Below are positions 57,763-64,000 of a stretch of 64,000 nucleotides of DNA, one piece after another. The stretch lies in IMG/VR virus record IMGVR_UViG_3300031902_000927. One strand, 5' to 3'. This DNA comes from a virus. Its lineage: Duplodnaviria > Heunggongvirae > Uroviricota > Caudoviricetes. Position 1 is the stretch's first letter. Each line of letters starts with the position of its first letter. The notes below the pieces were generated by a model. It worked only from the letters and a program-made list of their open reading frames with translations, was not told the origin of the DNA and made no database searches. The position numbers and the translations under genes were made by a program.

Positions 57763-57945
57763 ATGCCAAATGGAAGAATAATATTAGCATTTATATTATG
57801 TGCGTGTGCTTTAGCACTAATTTTAGTTTATGTTGTACCATTCATTAGAAGATTTCTAACAGATTGGAAGAAAACATACAATAAAGAAGATGAATTGTTA
57901 AATCCAAAAGAAAAGGAAGAAAAGAAACCTAAGAAGAAAAAATGA
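57763..57945 (+). CDS. small membrane protein with basic tail
   Basis: TM ILAFILCACALALILVYVV. Confidence 0.35.
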   Translation: MPNGRIILAFILCACALALILVYVVPFIRRFLTDWKKTYNKEDELLNPKEKEEKKPKKKK

Positions 57946-58333
57946 ATGAATTTATAATATTATTAATAGCCATCATTTTGGCGATTGCTTTTAAAATAAG
58001 TAGAAAAAAATATAAAGCAAGACCAAAAGATGTATATTAATGAAGCGAAAACTACAAATCTATCTAAGTAAGCTAACCAAAACAATTTCAGAATTTATTG
58101 GAAGAAACTTAATACTTTTGGTAATTACTTTGAGTAGTTTATATTTAATTAATGTGGTAAAAAATGGCAAAAGAAAATAACTGGAGAAATAAATAGAGAA
58201 TACGTAATATCTACACAAGAATTAGAAAAGAAATTAAAATTAACAGGTAATATCACAACAATCACAAATGAAGGTATGAAAGAAGGACTGTATTTAATAA
58301 AAACAATTGAAAATAAAGACTAAGTTGATTTAA

Positions 58334-58567
58334 ATGGGTGAAGATGATACACAAGTAATAACGTTAGTTTGTTATAGTTGTAAACGTACACTTTCACAAT
58401 TATATATGAATCCTTTAGATGATTTATGCTGCTTATCTATACGATGTTGTAGATGTCAAATGAAAAATGTTGATTGGAAACAATCTGTAAAAACTGCTGA
58501 TAAAGAAAGAGCAGAAATGTGGTCTAAAATTGTTTCAATGAATAGTAGGAAAAATAACAATGAATAA
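58334..58567 (+). CDS. small Cys-rich protein
   Basis: CYSCKRT...CCLSIRCCRCQ. Confidence 0.35.
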   Translation: MGEDDTQVITLVCYSCKRTLSQLYMNPLDDLCCLSIRCCRCQMKNVDWKQSVKTADKERAEMWSKIVSMNSRKNNNE

Positions 58568-58778
58568 AATAAACTATCATTCTATTCAACATTGTATCGA
58601 CCAAAGATTTGAAGATTTATCAAGTTATACCAATACTTCTTTAAATGAAATATTCGAATATTATGACAAACAATTAAATTTTTCTGAAACCATATTATTA
58701 GACTATTATAGACATAAATCTAAAATTATGGTAAATGCTTATGTAAATACAATTAAAAAATACTACAAACCGATTTAA
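58560..58778 (+). CDS. hypothetical protein (last + strand gene)
   Basis: 72 aa. Confidence 0.35.
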   Translation: MNKINYHSIQHCIDQRFEDLSSYTNTSLNEIFEYYDKQLNFSETILLDYYRHKSKIMVNAYVNTIKKYYKPI

Positions 58779-59122
58779 TTCTTTTTTTGAAGTATTTGAA
58801 TAGACTTTGCTAAAGATAATCTAGTGTTATCTATCTTGTTCCCACATTCTTCAAGCTTCCTAGCTGCTTCTCCTGTTGCAGTCTTAATATCTGATGTCTC
58901 TTCATATTCCTTAACCAAAGCCCAAATTTTATCACTTATCGCATCCATTTCTTGCTCAATTTTCTTGATTTCTTCTTCTAAAACCATTCTTTTCACTCTC
59001 CGCTTCTGTTCAAATATATAGTTAAAAAACTCTTTCATAGTGAGATGTTCCCATATTTTACCTGGCAATTGGGTGTGAGGAGGACGAATAGTGGGTTCAT
59101 CCCTTAGATGGATTTTACCCAA
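58775..59122 (-). CDS. hypothetical coiled-coil protein
   Basis: First gene of convergent minus-strand block. Confidence 0.4.
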   Translation of the reverse strand: MGKIHLRDEPTIRPPHTQLPGKIWEHLTMKEFFNYIFEQKRRVKRMVLEEEIKKIEQEMDAISDKIWALVKEYEETSDIKTATGEAARKLEECGNKIDNTRLSLAKSIQILQKKN

Positions 59123-59134
59123 TTACCATCTGGT

Positions 59135-59518
59135 TTATGGGAACACCGTGAACGACAAAGTACCTTTCTCTACCTGACCTGACAAGTATCTAACTTCATA
59201 ATCGACATAGTATGTACCTCTTTCTACCGATTCTGGTACATTAAAATGAACTTTTTCCTCAATATATTCTCCTTTATAGGTTGTAAACATCTTATAAGTC
59301 TGTCCATTTGAAAATTTTACCCATTCAAGTGTTGAAGGAGTAAGTACATTTCTTTTCAAATTAATATAACCTGCATCATTTCTTTCTGGAGTTAATACAA
59401 TCTTTTTATCAAAATTTCCACTCTTAAAAATTAAATTAGTTTGTGTTATAACTAAAAATACTGACAATAATACTCCAAAAATCATCATAACAACTATAAA
59501 CCAAGGTATCTGCTTCAT
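59135..59518 (-). CDS. N-terminally anchored membrane protein
   Basis: TM WFIVVMMIFGVLLSVFLVI. Confidence 0.45.
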   Translation of the reverse strand: MKQIPWFIVVMMIFGVLLSVFLVITQTNLIFKSGNFDKKIVLTPERNDAGYINLKRNVLTPSTLEWVKFSNGQTYKMFTTYKGEYIEEKVHFNVPESVERGTYYVDYEVRYLSGQVEKGTLSFTVFP

Positions 59519-60084
59519 CTTTTTTTAACCCTCAAATATGTTATAAGTAATATAATCATTAAAATAAAAATAATTATTGCAATCATAGGCCATCTTGAAT
59601 TTGGATTGGTTAAAACTTTACTCGTAGAGTTTACTATTCCATTTTGAACATTTATTTTTAAATTTAATATCTTAGAAGTATTTTGTGATTTTACTTCAAT
59701 AATTCCTCTATAAATTCCAATATCTGCATCATTTGGAATCTTTACATAATAATAAAATACATAATTATTATCGACAATATATAATCCTTCAGCAGCTTTT
59801 TCTGATATGTATTTGTTTTCATCTAAAGATACCCATTCCATATTAGATTTTAATGTAGTTCCAGGTACATAATTTTCTATAATAAAAGAACCTTTAATTA
59901 AATCTCCCTGTTTTACATACAAATCATCTTCATAAGTATCGAGAGAATAGGCTAAAGCCGCGTATGTAGTGATGGCTAATAAGAAAACAACAATTATTAT
60001 AGTCCAAACTAATCTACTTCTTCTCTTTCTTTTATAATCCAAATCATTATCTATCGTAGGAATAGCCACCAAATTAAAAAACAC
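59515..60084 (-). CDS. bitopic membrane protein (N- and C-terminal TM)
   Basis: ATGA-coupled; LVWTIIIVVFLLAITTYAALA and MIAIIIFILMIILLITYL. Confidence 0.45.
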   Translation of the reverse strand: MFFNLVAIPTIDNDLDYKRKRRSRLVWTIIIVVFLLAITTYAALAYSLDTYEDDLYVKQGDLIKGSFIIENYVPGTTLKSNMEWVSLDENKYISEKAAEGLYIVDNNYVFYYYVKIPNDADIGIYRGIIEVKSQNTSKILNLKINVQNGIVNSTSKVLTNPNSRWPMIAIIIFILMIILLITYLRVKKR

Positions 60085-60671
60085 CCCACTATAATTACAA
60101 TTATTGATAAAAAATATGTTAAATTAAAAACTTTTGATTCAACACTTCCATCTGCATTTGTTTTAACATCATATTCAAAAGACATAAAGCTTTTTTGATA
60201 CCACTCATTTCTTTGAATTCTATTTGTAACTGTATCTGAAAATTCAGTTTGTCCTTCTTTGTATAAAACAATTGTAGGTTTTATTTCATTAGTTGATACT
60301 GAAATGTCGTCTATATAATAATCTCCATTTAACTTTAAATATTGTTTTTTACTATCTTTCGTTATCTTAAAAACTACATCTTGTGGAGCAGATGTTATTA
60401 ATCCGATTGTATCATTTCCATAAAAAGTCACATCTAATTCTCCTCCTTTAACAATAAATACAAATTTTTGATTACTATTTAATAAAATTCCATCCGATAC
60501 AATTTTAAAAGAATCTACTGATACGCCTTTAATGAAATGATAATTAATACTCTTATCAGAAAAGGTTGTATTTTCCGTAAAATCTAAAGCGTTTGTTAAA
60601 GGTAAAATTAACAACACCATTATTCCCACTAATAATGTAAATTTTTTCATTCTTATATCAAAACAGTTCAA
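60051..60671 (-). CDS. secreted protein
   Basis: Signal peptide MKKFTLLVGIMVLLILPLTNA. Confidence 0.45.
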   Translation of the reverse strand: MNCFDIRMKKFTLLVGIMVLLILPLTNALDFTENTTFSDKSINYHFIKGVSVDSFKIVSDGILLNSNQKFVFIVKGGELDVTFYGNDTIGLITSAPQDVVFKITKDSKKQYLKLNGDYYIDDISVSTNEIKPTIVLYKEGQTEFSDTVTNRIQRNEWYQKSFMSFEYDVKTNADGSVESKVFNLTYFLSIIVIIVGCFLIWWLFLR

Positions 60672-63600
60672 TCCTTTTTATTATTTTTGTTTTTTCCACT
60701 AAACATAATCGAAATCAATATTACTAATAAGACAATTAATATTACAAAAAATGTAATACCAGACAGTAATAAGTTGTTCCTAATAAATACTGGTAATCTT
60801 TGCTGCACTTTATCCCACCAAGTTAAATTAGTGACCTCAAATGTGTGATAAACTGTAATGGTTGGTTGAACTACAGTCTCATACTGCGCCTTAAATTGAA
60901 ATTGACCTGCATCAGTACCTAAAGGAAGAGTAACAGACCTCTCTATCTGTGTCGTTCCTACTGGAATTTCTAAAAATTGCTCCTTAGTTACACCATATTT
61001 GTTCCCTGTTGAATCTTCAAGCCAATAAGTCAGAACTGTGTCCTGGTCTGGTACATCCCCTGTGTTTTTAATCAAGATGTCAGCGCGAATTGGTTCTGTT
61101 GAAGTCCAAGTATCATATAACGGTGTCACAATAACATCATAAAGCCCTGCCTTTGGCCCATTATCGTTCAAATGAACAACATTTAAGTCTCCAACATAAT
61201 CTAATGGGAAACTTTGCCAAAAACCTCTACCATCAAGCATTTCGACCCTTACCCAAACATTGTAGTGTTGTTCTACCTTGAATTGTGGTGAAAGGCCATC
61301 TGAAGATAAGCTTAATTCGTGACTTCCAACTCCATTTATTGTAGTTTGAAACTCTTTAGTTAAATCTCCAGAATTTTTATTGTAGAAATAATAATTTAAT
61401 CTAAAATTGTCTCCTTCCAATGGTAATCTTAATGTATCAATCCCAACCTTGAACATAGCAGTCTCTAATATGGAAGGAGTATTAATCGACAAATTATTGT
61501 AATAATAACTTGCATTTTGATTTTGGAAATAAGATACATCAGCTAAAGCAATAGAAATTAAGTCGCTTTGATTTTGTAACATTTGTTGAATTGATGATAA
61601 TTGTGAAAGGTAAGAATATACTGTTCCATTTATAATTATAGATAAATTAGATAAAGAATCAATCTTACTATTAATAATCATAGTCATATTTTTAATCTCA
61701 TAATTAGTAGAATTAATTGTAAAAATTATAGAATGTATATCCGTTAATGTTTGATTCATTTCTTCTACAGAATTTCCAAAATAATTCATTGAATTGTTCA
61801 AACTAAATAACATTCCTTCTACATTTGATAAATTAATATTTTGACTTACAGATAAATTCATTGTACCATTAGCTATGTTATTTATTGTGGCGTTCATTTG
61901 TAATAAAGTAGCATATATGTTATCAATCTTAGAATTAACGGAGTTTAAAGTTCCGTTGATTGTTAAAATTTGATTAGATACTCCATTTATAGTTCCATTA
62001 ATACTTATGATATTTGCATCAACAGTAATTATTGCGTTTTGTATTTGATTTACAGTACCATTCATATAATTTAATGTATTTTGAGTAGAAGTAATTGTAT
62101 TATTAATATAAATAAGTGATGTTGCTATTCCTTGAGTTGTATTGTGAACTAAATAAAGTGTATTATTCATATTAACAACATTACCATCTATTGTGTGTAC
62201 AACATTATTTGTATCTAAAATAGTTGAATTCATATTCATTAAAGAAAGTGTAATTCCTGTAACATCTTGCTGCATCAGATATAACGAACCATTTACATTT
62301 ACTAAAAGTGAGTGTATATCATTTACTTTTGTTTGAGTATTTATTATAGTTCCATTCATAGATACTAATGATGCTTCGATACCATCAACTTTACTTTGAA
62401 TATATACAAGCGTTCCATTCATATTTATGAAAGTAGATTGAAGATTATCTAATTTAGTATTTGCTGCAACTAAACTTGAATTAATATCTAATAAAGATAT
62501 TTTAATGCCTGTTACATCATTTTGTATTCCATAAACTGTTCCATTTACATCTAATATAGTAGTTGCTATATTATTTACTTTTGTTTGAACATTAATTAAT
62601 GTAGAATTAATTCCAATTAAATAAGACATTATACTTCCATTTATTTCATCTAATTTATTTAAAACATTCTGATTTGACGTATTTATATTTGATATTGAAT
62701 TTATTATGCTACCATTTATAGATATTATTGTATTTGAAAGACCATTAACACTTCCATTGATAGATATTACTCCAGAATTTACATTTAAAACTCCAGAATA
62801 TATATTATTCGCCGTGTTATTTAACTCAAATAATCCAGATAATAATTGATTATTTACAGAAGATATGTTTTGAACATTTTGATAAATATTACTAACTATA
62901 CCATTAATTTCTACTACGTTAGAATTAATGGTTGTAGTCGTACCATTTATATTGAGAACAACTTGCTCAATTCCATTAATATCTCCTTGAATAGAAACAA
63001 CAGAAGCATTTATTTGATGAGCATAATTATATACTCCATATAAAGTTTGATTCATTTGTTGTAATAAATTGTAAATATCATAAACAGTCCCATTTAATAT
63101 TACAAATTTATTATTTGTGTCATTAACAATATTTTCAATAGATAATAATTTTCCATCAATTGTGTTCAATGTCATATTTAATGAAGATAAATCTACTGTT
63201 GGATAATATGTCAAATTTCTTGTAGGATAATTCCAAACTGCAATGCTTACACTATTACTTATCAAAGAATAATTAGTAACATCATCATAGAATGTTAAAT
63301 TTCTATTAGATTGATTCCATACATAAAATCCAATTAAACTATAATCTGTCATATCTTCTTGACTAGGATAATATGTCAAATTTCTATTTTCCGAATTCCA
63401 AACTGCATTTGATATATCTGTAGCATTTATTGTGTTAGATGTTAATGTTCGATTAAAATGATTCCAAACATTATCTGCTATCAAAGTATAATTAATACTA
63501 ACATCATTTGGATAATATGTTAAATTTCTATTTGTATAACTCCAAACTAAGAAAGCAATATTACTCATATCTGCTCCTGTAAGACTTACGGTTCTATTTG

Positions 63601-64000
63601 AATAATTCCAAATATAAGTAGATAAAGAATCGTAATTAACTTTTTCTGGAATAAAAGATTCATTTAATATTGTAATTGCCGTTGCGCCATCTGCAAGATA
63701 ATCTCCAAAATCACAAGTTTCTTTCGTGGAATAAGAACCCATTGTGGTAAAATTGTACACGTAGATACTTGTTCCATTTCCTGTCTTACTCATATTAGTC
63801 TTAGGCAGTATGACTCCACCTACTGCATCATAAATAATAATGGTAGCATTTGCCGCAGCTCTCAATTGAAAGTTTCTTATACAAGAAGTCGTTATAGTGG
63901 TGGGGTGGTTTGAATATCCTACAATCTCTTCAGCAAATGCTACATTGATACTTAAAATCATTAATATTGCCACTATCCAATACAAATTTTGTTTTTTCAT
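60668..64000 (-). CDS. large repeat-built surface protein (signal peptide, WN..NRNLTYYP repeats, about 25 sequon-headed 21-aa repeats, Ig-like C-terminal domain, C-terminal TM anchor)
   Basis: ATG at 63998-64000; repeats visible in translation; C-terminal LLLSGITFFVILIVLLVILISIMF + KNKNNKKD. Confidence 0.6.
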   Translation of the reverse strand: MKKQNLYWIVAILMILSINVAFAEEIVGYSNHPTTITTSCIRNFQLRAAANATIIIYDAVGGVILPKTNMSKTGNGTSIYVYNFTTMGSYSTKETCDFGDYLADGATAITILNESFIPEKVNYDSLSTYIWNYSNRTVSLTGADMSNIAFLVWSYTNRNLTYYPNDVSINYTLIADNVWNHFNRTLTSNTINATDISNAVWNSENRNLTYYPSQEDMTDYSLIGFYVWNQSNRNLTFYDDVTNYSLISNSVSIAVWNYPTRNLTYYPTVDLSSLNMTLNTIDGKLLSIENIVNDTNNKFVILNGTVYDIYNLLQQMNQTLYGVYNYAHQINASVVSIQGDINGIEQVVLNINGTTTTINSNVVEINGIVSNIYQNVQNISSVNNQLLSGLFELNNTANNIYSGVLNVNSGVISINGSVNGLSNTIISINGSIINSISNINTSNQNVLNKLDEINGSIMSYLIGINSTLINVQTKVNNIATTILDVNGTVYGIQNDVTGIKISLLDINSSLVAANTKLDNLQSTFINMNGTLVYIQSKVDGIEASLVSMNGTIINTQTKVNDIHSLLVNVNGSLYLMQQDVTGITLSLMNMNSTILDTNNVVHTIDGNVVNMNNTLYLVHNTTQGIATSLIYINNTITSTQNTLNYMNGTVNQIQNAIITVDANIISINGTINGVSNQILTINGTLNSVNSKIDNIYATLLQMNATINNIANGTMNLSVSQNINLSNVEGMLFSLNNSMNYFGNSVEEMNQTLTDIHSIIFTINSTNYEIKNMTMIINSKIDSLSNLSIIINGTVYSYLSQLSSIQQMLQNQSDLISIALADVSYFQNQNASYYYNNLSINTPSILETAMFKVGIDTLRLPLEGDNFRLNYYFYNKNSGDLTKEFQTTINGVGSHELSLSSDGLSPQFKVEQHYNVWVRVEMLDGRGFWQSFPLDYVGDLNVVHLNDNGPKAGLYDVIVTPLYDTWTSTEPIRADILIKNTGDVPDQDTVLTYWLEDSTGNKYGVTKEQFLEIPVGTTQIERSVTLPLGTDAGQFQFKAQYETVVQPTITVYHTFEVTNLTWWDKVQQRLPVFIRNNLLLSGITFFVILIVLLVILISIMFSGKNKNNKKD

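Noticed and set aside
25788-64000. Using N-x-S/T sequon density alone as proof of an archaeal host
   Set aside because: Asn-rich proteins in AT-rich genomes accumulate sequons by composition. Only the strict one-sequon-per-repeat pattern in 60668..64000 is considered meaningful.

Overview
The window is AT-rich (by eye about 30% GC) and gene-dense. More than 110 short genes are packed head-to-tail on the + strand from 1 to about 58.8 kb, often with overlapping stop/start codons (ATGA, TAATG) and strong GGAGG-type ribosome-binding sites. A convergent minus-strand block (58.8-64 kb) encodes membrane and secreted proteins.

Recognisable content: a replication/recombination module (SF2 helicase C-terminus, DEDDh exonuclease, family B DNA polymerase, ATP-dependent DNA ligase, ParB-like protein); homing-type nucleases (one HNH-AP2 gene frameshifted in a T-run, a small HNH, a GIY-YIG-like ORF, a degenerate LAGLIDADG-like ORF, a NUMOD4 fragment); a RelE/ParE-like toxin; a J-domain protein; a nucleotidyltransferase; many tiny zinc-ribbon proteins; and a large set of membrane, secreted, lipobox and cysteine-rich proteins.

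This content is typical of a large virus, provirus or similar mobile element of an AT-rich prokaryote. Host-domain signals are mixed: archaeal-like BRE/TATA-like intergenic motifs, sequon-rich surface proteins and [KR]G-type prepilin-like signals, versus bacterial-like lipoboxes and an NrdR-like zinc ribbon.

The leads I would follow first are:
1. Six dispersed paralogs that share a near-invariant 19-aa N-terminus (MKIN[QN]KQHIT..G..K.NP) and 5' nucleotide module, fused to unrelated C-terminal bodies.
2. A putative peptide-ligation/tagging cluster: class-II glutamine amidotransferase (Ntn) domain, WGR-domain protein, glutamine-synthetase-like amidoligase and HExxH zincin, with a gamma-glutamyl cyclotransferase-like gene elsewhere.
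3. Two GC-enriched islands without + strand ORFs, about 0.6 kb each, with long-range pairing potential (candidate structured RNAs).
4. A 1110-aa surface protein built from sequon-headed 21-aa tandem repeats.

No CRISPR array, rRNA or convincing tRNA was seen.
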